A stretch of 10,581 nucleotides of DNA from assembly GCA_051747805.1 (NCBI GenBank), contig JBNJGP010000083.1:1-10581 (forward strand). The letters are read 5' to 3'. Below are positions 1-7,430 of this stretch, one piece after another (position 1 is the first letter of the stretch; every line of letters starts with the position of its first letter). This DNA comes from Candidatus Muiribacteriota bacterium (GTDB taxonomy: Bacteria > Muiribacteriota > Muiribacteriia > Muiribacteriales > Muiribacteriaceae). Both the position numbers and the translations under genes were made by a program. A model generated the notes under the pieces. That model saw nothing but the letters and a program-made list of their open reading frames with translations. It made no database searches and had not been told where the DNA came from.

Positions 1-19
1 TTAAAATTTATTACGAAAT

Positions 20-41
20 AAAATCACAAAAAAATCACAAA
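20..41. repeat. Tandem 11-bp direct repeat AAAATCACAAA x2
   Basis: Exact copies at 20-30 and 31-41. A second imperfect 10-bp pair (ATTGGGAATT/GTTGGGAGTT) lies at 61-80. Confidence 0.6.
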
Positions 42-91
42 AACATTAAGAAAAATTCTTATTGGGAATTGTTGGGAGTTTTTTAAAAAAC

Positions 92-120
92 TTGCAATAA
101 TTTGAATTTAGTTTTAAAAT
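92..120 (+). promoter_or_regulatory. Putative sigma70 promoter of the arsR-FUN14-kdsC-lpxL-lpt operon
   Basis: TTGCAA (92-97), 17-bp spacer, TAAAAT (115-120). G-rich SD (GGGGG, 146-150) precedes the ATG at 155. Confidence 0.6.
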
Positions 121-154
121 ATCTTAAAAAATTACAATTTCCACTGGGGGAATA

Positions 155-430
155 ATGAGAAAAGTTTCCGACAAAGCAAAAGCTCTTGCCCATCCTACCC
201 GGTTGTTGATTATACAGGAACTTCTTGAGGGCGAGGGTAAATGTGTGTCAAAAATCGAACAAATTTTAAAGAAAAAACAGGCGAATATATCACAACATCT
301 TTCGATTTTAAAAAATGCTGGTATTATTGATTACATAGAAAAAGGTAAACTTCGATGTTATTATATTTTAAATAAAGAAGCATTAAAAAGTATTTTAGGT
401 GGATTAAAACAGCTTTCAGATGAAAATTAA
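155..430 (+). CDS. ArsR/SmtB-family winged-helix transcriptional regulator
   Basis: 91 aa with KALAHPTRLLII, KCVSKI, QANISQHLSILKNAGII and wing KGKLRCYY, typical ArsR HTH signatures. Confidence 0.93.
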   Translation: MRKVSDKAKALAHPTRLLIIQELLEGEGKCVSKIEQILKKKQANISQHLSILKNAGIIDYIEKGKLRCYYILNKEALKSILGGLKQLSDEN

Positions 431-851
431 AAATATTTTTTTACTGATATTAATATTTGCAACTATTTTTTGTTTTGCCGCCGACGAGTCGGCAGAAACT
501 TTTAATATTGATAATAATGACACAGATTCAATTATAAATTCAAATTTTTTAGTGCAACTCATTGCAATGCTTGGATTTGGTGGCTTGATCGGTTTTGTAA
601 CTGGTTTTGCTGTAAATAAAGTAGCCCGTTTATTTGCGATTTTACTAGGGATTGTTTTTATTGTAATTCAGATTATGGCCTTTCAAGGATGGATAACAGT
701 TGACTGGAACGCAATTGCACAAACTGCAGATGTGGTTGATGAAAAACAGGCCGGTGTTTTTTTTCATAAATTTTTAAATGTTGTTACAAATAATCTTCCT
801 TTTGGCGGTTCTTTTATAGCGGGTTTTTTTATAGGGCTGAAAAAGAGATAA
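420..851 (+). CDS. FUN14-family membrane protein with N-terminal signal-peptide-like extension
   Basis: LGFGGLIGFVTGFAVNKVA...GWITVDW...NLPFGGSFIAGFFIG matches the FUN14 pattern. N-terminus MKIKNIFLLILIFATIFCFA is followed by an acidic linker. Overlaps arsR by 11 nt. Confidence 0.85.
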   Translation: MKIKNIFLLILIFATIFCFAADESAETFNIDNNDTDSIINSNFLVQLIAMLGFGGLIGFVTGFAVNKVARLFAILLGIVFIVIQIMAFQGWITVDWNAIAQTADVVDEKQAGVFFHKFLNVVTNNLPFGGSFIAGFFIGLKKR

Positions 852-861
852 GGAGTTTTTT

Positions 862-1356
862 TTGATAAAGCTTATTATTATGGATGTTGACGGAACTCTT
901 ACAGACGGCGGTATTTATTATACCTCGAACGGTGAAGAAATAAAGAGATTTTCTGTAAAAGACGGTATGCTTATATATCGTTGTAATAAATATGGAATTA
1001 AGTTCTCAATTATAACCGGGCGTAAATCACTAATAACTGAAAGACGTGCTGTAGAACTCGGAATAACTGAAATATATCAGGGTATAAGCAATAAAATTGA
1101 AATTCTAAAAAGATTACAGAATAAGTACAGCATAAAAAATGAGGAAACAGCCTATATTGGGGATGATTTAAATGATTTAGCCTGTATGAAAGAAGCTGGA
1201 CTTAAAATGACTGTCGCGGATGCCTGTGAAGAGGTAAAAGAAATTTCAGATTTTATTTCAAACTATCGTGGTGGTGACGGTGCGGTTCGTGAATGCCTTG
1301 AATTTATGCTGAAAAAGTATAAAATTTATGATAAAGTTATTTCTAAGTATATTTAA
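862..1356 (+). CDS. kdsC: 3-deoxy-D-manno-octulosonate 8-phosphate phosphatase (HAD IIIA family)
   Basis: DVDGTLTDG, FSVKDG, IITGR, IGDDLND and GGDGAVRE motifs. TTG start preceded by AAGGAG. Lies next to LPS genes. Confidence 0.9.
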   Translation: MIKLIIMDVDGTLTDGGIYYTSNGEEIKRFSVKDGMLIYRCNKYGIKFSIITGRKSLITERRAVELGITEIYQGISNKIEILKRLQNKYSIKNEETAYIGDDLNDLACMKEAGLKMTVADACEEVKEISDFISNYRGGDGAVRECLEFMLKKYKIYDKVISKYI

Positions 1357-1370
1357 AAACAAGGTTATTT

Positions 1371-2243
1371 ATGATTAAGTTAAAAAAAACAAAAAGATTT
1401 ATTATATATTGTTTTGTGTTATTTCTTATAGATATTTTTAAAAAAGTTTCTTTTTCAACTTCATACCGGATTGCTTCGGTTATTTCAAAAATTATGTTTT
1501 TTGCATCAACACGTGAAAGAAATATATTAATGGCAAATCTTTCCTATGTAAGTATAAATACTGATGAAAAACGTCTTATGAAAAAAATTTTTAAAAATAT
1601 GGGATATACATTTGTTGAATTTATAAAATTTTCTTTTATGCCTTTTAAAAAAGTTAAACAATATTTAGAGGTGCAAGGCGAACATCATCTTAAAGAGGCC
1701 CTTCAGAAAAAAAGAGGAGTAGTTTTATTAACTGGTCATATTGGGAACTGGGAAATGGTAGGAGCTCATCTTGGGAAAAAAGGTTATCCTGTTAATGCGC
1801 TTTATAGTAAACCAAAATCTGAGCTCTATGATAAAATAATTAGAAAGCTGAGGGGACTTAATAAATTAAAACTTATTGATAATAAAAACTCATTTATTGA
1901 AGGAATAAAATGTTTAAGAAATAATGAAATATTAATATTACTTGCCGACCAGAAATCTAAAGAAAACAATAATATGATAGACTTTTTAGGTAAACCTGCG
2001 CCCACTCCAAAAGGACCTGCAATTTTTGCTCTGAAGGCTAAGGCAGAAATTGTGACATATTTTGTAGTTAGAAAAAAGAAAAGACTTAAAGTTATTTTTA
2101 ATAAATTAGAATATGATTCCTCTAAAAAACAGAAGGAAAAAGTAGCCGAGATTTTAACAAAAATGAACAGGCAATATTCAGAAATTATAAAAAAATATCC
2201 TGACCAGTGGGCCTGGTTTCATAATAGATGGGGGATATTTTGA
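1371..2243 (+). CDS. lpxL: Lipid A late acyltransferase (LpxL/HtrB family lysophospholipid acyltransferase)
   Basis: N-terminal hydrophobic anchor, catalytic HIGNWE, LADQ, FLGKPA and C-terminal PDQWAWFHNRW motifs. Acyl-chain specificity cannot be read from sequence. Confidence 0.88.
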   Translation: MIKLKKTKRFIIYCFVLFLIDIFKKVSFSTSYRIASVISKIMFFASTRERNILMANLSYVSINTDEKRLMKKIFKNMGYTFVEFIKFSFMPFKKVKQYLEVQGEHHLKEALQKKRGVVLLTGHIGNWEMVGAHLGKKGYPVNALYSKPKSELYDKIIRKLRGLNKLKLIDNKNSFIEGIKCLRNNEILILLADQKSKENNNMIDFLGKPAPTPKGPAIFALKAKAEIVTYFVVRKKKRLKVIFNKLEYDSSKKQKEKVAEILTKMNRQYSEIIKKYPDQWAWFHNRWGIF

Positions 2244-2785
2244 TTAAATTTTTGCATTTTTTAAAAAAATTCTTAAAAGTTATTATGCCAGTATTTTTAT
2301 TGCTTTTTTTCATTTATGTTTTTTACTGGGCAGAAGTTGTTCATAAAATTGACAAGGAGCCTAAAACCAGAATAAACGATTGTACCATTCATGCTTTTAA
2401 CGAAGAAAGCAACAGCAAAGCAGCTGAAATTTACGGGGACCGGTTAATTAGAGACGCTATTACAAATTCAGCTTCTCTTTATGAATGTTCAGGTGAAATT
2501 TATACAGTTAGTGATACGGCCGAAATCACTTCTGAAAAGGCAACTCTTGACGGAGCAGGAACATTATTAACTTTTGAGGGAAATGTTGTTTTATTTCAAA
2601 AGCCCGATACTTATTTTTATACAAATGAACTTTTTTATGATATTCCAAAGGAGAGAATATATACATATTCAAGTATTACAATTGATGAACCAGAGCAGAC
2701 AACAACTGGAAGGGGAATGGAGTCTAACCTGAAACTCGGCAAGGCAAGAATTTTAAATAATATTAAAATAATTAGAAAAAATTAA
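2240..2785 (+). CDS. lptC: LPS export ABC transporter periplasmic protein LptC
   Basis: Single N-terminal TM helix, then beta-jellyroll motifs (ITSEKA, FEGNVVL, YTNELFYD, TTGRGM). Sits between lpxL and an lptA-like gene. In-frame TTG at 2240 has an SD (GGGGA 2231-2235) and overlaps the lpxL stop (TTGA), so it is preferred over ATG 2228. Confidence 0.8.
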   Translation: MIKFLHFLKKFLKVIMPVFLLLFFIYVFYWAEVVHKIDKEPKTRINDCTIHAFNEESNSKAAEIYGDRLIRDAITNSASLYECSGEIYTVSDTAEITSEKATLDGAGTLLTFEGNVVLFQKPDTYFYTNELFYDIPKERIYTYSSITIDEPEQTTTGRGMESNLKLGKARILNNIKIIRKN

Positions 2786-2811
2786 TTTTTGATTAAGTTA
2801 AAGGATTTTAT

Positions 2812-3573
2812 ATGAAAAAACTTTGTTTAACCTTTATTATTATTAGTTTGTTAAACGGTGTTACATTTGGAGAAGAACAGTCTGATTTTATGAAAAATTC
2901 TGTTGTTACCGGGAACGTTATGGAATTTTCTGATAATATTAGACATATCAGAGGAGATTTCAAAGTTGATAACCCCGACTATCAACTGACCGCTGGACAG
3001 GGGAAGGTTGATTCTAAAAAGAATATAATGGAGGCCCATATAAATGTTAAGCTGACACGGGATAATTATGTTCTTACCAGTAATAAACTTGTATATTATA
3101 TGAATGAAGACCGTGCGGTATGCACCGGCAACCCCGAAATAATAGAAAGTTTTGAAGAACATGACGTATTACGGGGCTCATCAACTATTAAAGGTAATAG
3201 AATTATAATTTTTAACGAAGAAGACCGTATGGTTGTTGAGGATAATGTTGAAGTTGAAAGAATGACAATAGAGGATGGAAGAGAAAAGCTTGATTATAGA
3301 TTATTTGCAGACCAGCTGACTTATTATAATATTTCACGAAGAACTGTTGCGGTAGGCAATGTAAAAGTTGAGCGTACTGATTCCATCGCCTATGGAGATA
3401 GACTTGTTTTTTATGAAGAAGATGATAGGATTGAAATAGTAGGTAATGCATATGTTGAAAGAGAAAATGGTGATAAAGTTAATGGAGAGAAAATTGTTTA
3501 CTTTATGCAAAGTGAAAGAGTACTTATATTTAATGCACGCGCCGAAGTTTATCCAACGGCAGTACCTGACTAA
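2812..3573 (+). CDS. lptA: LptA/OstA-family periplasmic beta-jellyroll protein (elongated)
   Basis: Signal peptide (MKKLCLTFIIISLLNGVTFG) and repeated OstA-like units (A/G-D-x-L-x-Y...GNV-x-V-ER). Directly downstream of lptC. Confidence 0.75.
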   Translation: MKKLCLTFIIISLLNGVTFGEEQSDFMKNSVVTGNVMEFSDNIRHIRGDFKVDNPDYQLTAGQGKVDSKKNIMEAHINVKLTRDNYVLTSNKLVYYMNEDRAVCTGNPEIIESFEEHDVLRGSSTIKGNRIIIFNEEDRMVVEDNVEVERMTIEDGREKLDYRLFADQLTYYNISRRTVAVGNVKVERTDSIAYGDRLVFYEEDDRIEIVGNAYVERENGDKVNGEKIVYFMQSERVLIFNARAEVYPTAVPD

Positions 3574-3594
3574 GAGAAAAATTTAGGAGGATAG

Positions 3595-5289
3595 ATGAAA
3601 TTCAAAGATTTTGTTTACAAGCGACCTGATATGGAAAAACTTGAAAAAGAATACAGACAGACTTTAAAAGAGTTTGATGAGGCTGATTCTTTTGAAAAGC
3701 AGAATGAAGGAATGAAAAAAATTAATAAGCTGGCTAGTCACTATTCAACAATGTCAACAATTGCCAGCATAAGAAATTCACTTAATTCTAATGATGAATT
3801 TTATGATAAAGAAAAGGACTTTTTTGATAAAGTTTCTCCTACCTTCCAGGGATTAAATGTAGAATATTATAACAGCCTTGTAAATTCTAAGTTCAGGAAA
3901 GATCTTGAAAAAAAATGGGGAAAGAGAATTTTTGATATAGCAGAGCTTGAAATGAAAACTTACAGTGATGAAGTAAAACCACTTTTACAGAAAGAAAACG
4001 GTCTTGTTTCTCAGTATAATAAACTTACCTCAAATGCTAAAATACAATTTGAAGGCGAAGAAAGAAATCTTGCGGGAATGACCCCTTTTATGCAAGACAC
4101 CCGTAGAAATATTAGAAAAGAAGCTTATATTGCGGTATGGGACTTTTTTGAAAAAAACAGCAATGAGCTTGACAGAATTTATGATGAGCTTGTGAAAATA
4201 AGAACTGAAATTGCCATAAAACTTGGATATAAGAATTTTGTTCAACTAGCCTATGATAGAATGGGTCGCTCAGATTATAATGCCGATATGGTTGCGCAGT
4301 ACAGAAAACAGATTCATGAAACAATTGTTCCAATGGCCGTAAAGTTAAGAAAAAGACAGGCAAAAAGAATTAAACTCGATAAAATGAAAGTTTATGATGA
4401 ACCTCTTAAGTTTTTATCAGGAAATCCAACACCAAAAGGCGATGAAAATTTCATGATTGAGAACGCGCGTAATATGTACGCAGAAATGTCACAAGAAACA
4501 AAGGAATTTTTTGATTTCATGATTGAAAACGAGTTGATGGATTTAACAACCAGAAGCGGTAAAAGACCCGGTGGTTACTGTACATTTTTAGATGAATATA
4601 AAGCCCCTTTTATTTTCTCGAATTTCAACGGGACTTCTCATGATGTTGATGTGCTTACTCATGAGGCAGGTCATGCATTTCAAATGTTTAGAAGTAAAGA
4701 TTTTGAAATTCCTGAATATAAATTTCCAACACTTGAAGCCTGCGAAATACATTCAATGAGTATGGAGTTTTTTGCATGGCCCTGGATAGATAATTTCTTT
4801 AAAGAAGACACAGATAAATATAAATTCAGCCATCTGGCTGATTCAATTTTATTTTTACCTTATGGAGTTGCAGTAGATGAATTTCAGCATTTTGTATATG
4901 AAAATCCAACAGCAACACCAGAAGAAAGAAAAGATAAATGGATAGAAATTGAAAATAAATATATGCCTGATATTGATAATGAAGAAATCAGCTATCTTAA
5001 AAAAGGGGGTAGATGGCAGAAACAGCTTCATATTTACTGCGTACCTTTTTATTATATTGATTATACCTTGGCTCAGGTATGCGCTCTGCAATACTGGCAG
5101 AAAGATCAGAAAAATCATTTTGAGGCATGGAAGAGTTATATAAGTTTGTGCAATATGGGAGGCTCTAAATCTTTTGTTGAACTTTGTAAAGAATCTGGTT
5201 TAACAGTACCTTTTGAAAGGGGATGTATAGATTCAATAGCTGGTGATATTGAAAAATGGCTCCAGGAAGTTGACGATAGCGAACTTTAA
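3595..5289 (+). CDS. M3-family zinc oligoendopeptidase (PepF-related)
   Basis: 564 aa with HEAGH zinc motif, downstream EACEIHSMSME, GKRPGGYCT and HIYCVPFYYIDY. AGGAGG SD. Confidence 0.95.
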   Translation: MKFKDFVYKRPDMEKLEKEYRQTLKEFDEADSFEKQNEGMKKINKLASHYSTMSTIASIRNSLNSNDEFYDKEKDFFDKVSPTFQGLNVEYYNSLVNSKFRKDLEKKWGKRIFDIAELEMKTYSDEVKPLLQKENGLVSQYNKLTSNAKIQFEGEERNLAGMTPFMQDTRRNIRKEAYIAVWDFFEKNSNELDRIYDELVKIRTEIAIKLGYKNFVQLAYDRMGRSDYNADMVAQYRKQIHETIVPMAVKLRKRQAKRIKLDKMKVYDEPLKFLSGNPTPKGDENFMIENARNMYAEMSQETKEFFDFMIENELMDLTTRSGKRPGGYCTFLDEYKAPFIFSNFNGTSHDVDVLTHEAGHAFQMFRSKDFEIPEYKFPTLEACEIHSMSMEFFAWPWIDNFFKEDTDKYKFSHLADSILFLPYGVAVDEFQHFVYENPTATPEERKDKWIEIENKYMPDIDNEEISYLKKGGRWQKQLHIYCVPFYYIDYTLAQVCALQYWQKDQKNHFEAWKSYISLCNMGGSKSFVELCKESGLTVPFERGCIDSIAGDIEKWLQEVDDSEL

Positions 5290-5334
5290 AAGGCCTGACC
5301 ACTTAAAGGATTCTAATTTGAAAAAGGAAGTAAT

Positions 5335-6147
5335 ATGACTTTAAAAAATAACTTTAAAGATGAATGTGTACAGTATGGTACAAAAGCCGGAAATAAAAAT
5401 GAATTTATTCATGAAATTGTAAAAACAGCGTTAAAATCTGAAGTTTTATCCACTACAGACGAGCAGGAATTATATCAGGCTTTTATGGAAAGAGAAAAAA
5501 TAGGGTCAACCGGTTTTGGTAATCATATAGCAATACCACATTGCAGATTAAAAAATATAGACGACTTTATAATAGGGATATCACTTGTTCCCGAGGGAAT
5601 AGATTTCAATTCATCCGACGGTAAAAAAGTTAAAATTGCGGTCTTTTTAATAGGGCCTGAAAAAGAAAGAAGCCGGCATATTCAGGCCCTGGCATCTATA
5701 TCTAAAGTATTAAAAGCAAGCTCTAACCTCGAGGCTTTACTTAATTCAAAAGATAAAAAAGAGCTTATTGAAAAATTCAGATATATGATAGATGACAAAC
5801 ATGATGACAGCAAAAAGTATGAAAAGGTTCTTTTTCATATTTTTTTGCAGAACGAAGATTATTTTTCGGAACTTCTGGAACTTTTATCAGCATTAGTTCA
5901 GGGCTCAATATCTGTTATCGAAACCAATAATGCAGGTGATTATCTTCATACAGCCCCCCTTTATTCTGCCTTGTGGTCTGATGACTATAAACTTTTTTCA
6001 AGAATAATTGTTGCAGTAATAGATAAAGATTATGCAAATGAACTAATTAGAAAAGTGCATGAAATTGTTCCGGATATTGAAAAAAAACCTGGCGTCATGA
6101 TAGTTGCCCAGAATGTATTTTATTCAGCAGGTGCTATTGATTTTTAA
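5335..6147 (+). CDS. PTS EIIA (Fru/Mtl/Ntr type) domain fused to a C-terminal PII-like domain
   Basis: EREKIGSTGFGNHIAIPH (phospho-His69), GIDFNSSDGKKV and HIQALASIS. The extra ~107 aa C-terminal alpha/beta domain (aa ~164-270) has PII-like size and pattern; that domain call is an inference. Confidence 0.85.
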   Translation: MTLKNNFKDECVQYGTKAGNKNEFIHEIVKTALKSEVLSTTDEQELYQAFMEREKIGSTGFGNHIAIPHCRLKNIDDFIIGISLVPEGIDFNSSDGKKVKIAVFLIGPEKERSRHIQALASISKVLKASSNLEALLNSKDKKELIEKFRYMIDDKHDDSKKYEKVLFHIFLQNEDYFSELLELLSALVQGSISVIETNNAGDYLHTAPLYSALWSDDYKLFSRIIVAVIDKDYANELIRKVHEIVPDIEKKPGVMIVAQNVFYSAGAIDF

Positions 6148-7301
6148 GTTAAACACATTTTTTTTATTTTATTTTTGGCCTCAGAAATCTGGTATTTATT
6201 AAAAATTTCTTTTTTATTAATTTTTTTGTACTTAGCGTTAATTTCAAAAATTTTTTCTTTTGCCTCGATGTACAGGTCATTATCTTGAAGCGCAAGTATA
6301 AAAGGTTGCAGTAGATTAAAATAATCTTCAAATAAGTTTTTATAATTATTATAAAAATTCCATAGAACTTCTTTATTATTTGAATTTTTTAATAAACAAA
6401 TAAAAGATTGATAAAAGTAAAATAAATTCATAGTTTTATTATCAAGGTCTAAAATTTTTTCTTTTCTATTAAATACTCTCTCATTTTTAAAAAAAATTAA
6501 AATTAAAAACCAGTAAAAGAAATCTTTTCTATTATTCAAAGGAATTGAATTAACTTTAAATAAAAGATTTTCAAAGTGATTAATATTATTATCTGAAAAA
6601 GCAGGAGAAATTATTTTAAAAAAAGGATGATAATGTGAAGCCTTAAAAATAAAATCAATAATAATACTTTTATATCTAGAGGATAAGCCACATTTGAAAA
6701 TTTTTAAAAATTCATTTTTTAAACGTTGAAAGGAAAGAATATCTATTCCTTTAATTAATTTATTTACCGAAATAAAATCAGCCTGATTATAAGAAAACTC
6801 TGTGTTATTTAAAAACCTGAAAAATCTTATAATGCGCAGAAAATCTTCCTTAATACGGTGTTCGGGGTTTCCAATAAAAAGAAGACGATTATTTTTTAAA
6901 TCCTTTAAACCATTATGAAAATCAATAATTTTTCCTGTTAAAATATTCATATACAAAGCATTAATTGTGAAATCACGACGAAGTGAATCTTTTTTTAAAG
7001 AATTAGAGAAAGAAACTTCAGCTTTTCTGCCGAAAGTTTTTATATCTTCACGTAAAGTTGTATGCTCATATACATTATTATTAAAAATAATAGAAACAGT
7101 ACCGTATTTTTTTGCTGTTTCAATAAATTTAATATTATGATTACGGCAGAATTTGATTAAATCATCAGGTAGCATTGAAGAGCAGATGTCATAATCCAGG
7201 GGACATTTTTTAAGAAGCTTATCTCTTACATAACCTCCTGTAAAATATAAAGAAATATTATTAAAGTTTTTAAGTTTCTCTGCAAATTGTATTAAATTCA
7301 T
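6144..7301 (-). CDS. cca: Class II tRNA nucleotidyltransferase (CCA-adding enzyme family)
   Basis: GGYVRD...DYD (D36/D38), EHTTLRED, RRDFTINAL, DFHNGLKDL and RIKEDFLRIIRFFRF motifs. C-terminal half is divergent with no recognisable HD domain. Stop overlaps the EIIA gene stop (TTAA 6144-6147). Confidence 0.88.
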   Translation of the reverse strand: MNLIQFAEKLKNFNNISLYFTGGYVRDKLLKKCPLDYDICSSMLPDDLIKFCRNHNIKFIETAKKYGTVSIIFNNNVYEHTTLREDIKTFGRKAEVSFSNSLKKDSLRRDFTINALYMNILTGKIIDFHNGLKDLKNNRLLFIGNPEHRIKEDFLRIIRFFRFLNNTEFSYNQADFISVNKLIKGIDILSFQRLKNEFLKIFKCGLSSRYKSIIIDFIFKASHYHPFFKIISPAFSDNNINHFENLLFKVNSIPLNNRKDFFYWFLILIFFKNERVFNRKEKILDLDNKTMNLFYFYQSFICLLKNSNNKEVLWNFYNNYKNLFEDYFNLLQPFILALQDNDLYIEAKEKIFEINAKYKKINKKEIFNKYQISEAKNKIKKMCLT

Positions 7302-7307
7302 AATAAA

Positions 7308-7336
7308 ATAATAAATTCCTGAGAATTTAATGTCAA
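7308..7336 (-). promoter_or_regulatory. Putative sigma70 promoter for cca (leaderless geometry)
   Basis: On the - strand: perfect TTGACA (7336-7331), 17-bp spacer, TATTAT (7313-7308), then 6 nt to the ATG at 7301. Confidence 0.65.
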
Positions 7337-7352
7337 TATAATATTTCTTCTC

Positions 7353-7381
7353 TTGAATTTAAAAATATTCACTGATAGAAT
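7353..7381 (+). promoter_or_regulatory. Putative sigma70 promoter for dedA-hslVU
   Basis: TTGAAT (7353-7358), 17-bp spacer, extended -10 TGaTAGAAT (7373-7381). Confidence 0.6.
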
Positions 7382-7430
7382 TAGAAAAATTTTCAGCTTT
7401 ACCTGAAAAGCTTTTTTAAGGAGAAAAAAA

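Noticed and set aside
2851..3451. Minus-strand ORFs 2851-3162 and 3212-3451
   Set aside because: Antisense shadows of the lptA-like gene with no motifs.
4030..5143. Short ORFs inside the M3 peptidase gene
   Set aside because: Fully nested in a well-conserved CDS, with no recognisable domains.
6144..6147. Terminator between the convergent EIIA and cca genes
   Set aside because: The stops overlap in TTAA with no intergenic space, and no GC-rich hairpin was seen.
6144..7301. Poly(A) polymerase (pcnB) or pseudogene
   Set aside because: No PAP-specific GRRF-type signature was seen, and the frame and catalytic motifs are intact.
7352..7381. Sigma32 promoter or CIRCE element for hslVU
   Set aside because: CTTGAA is present but no CCCCAT -10 follows, and no TTAGCACTC-N9-GAGTGCTAA was seen.
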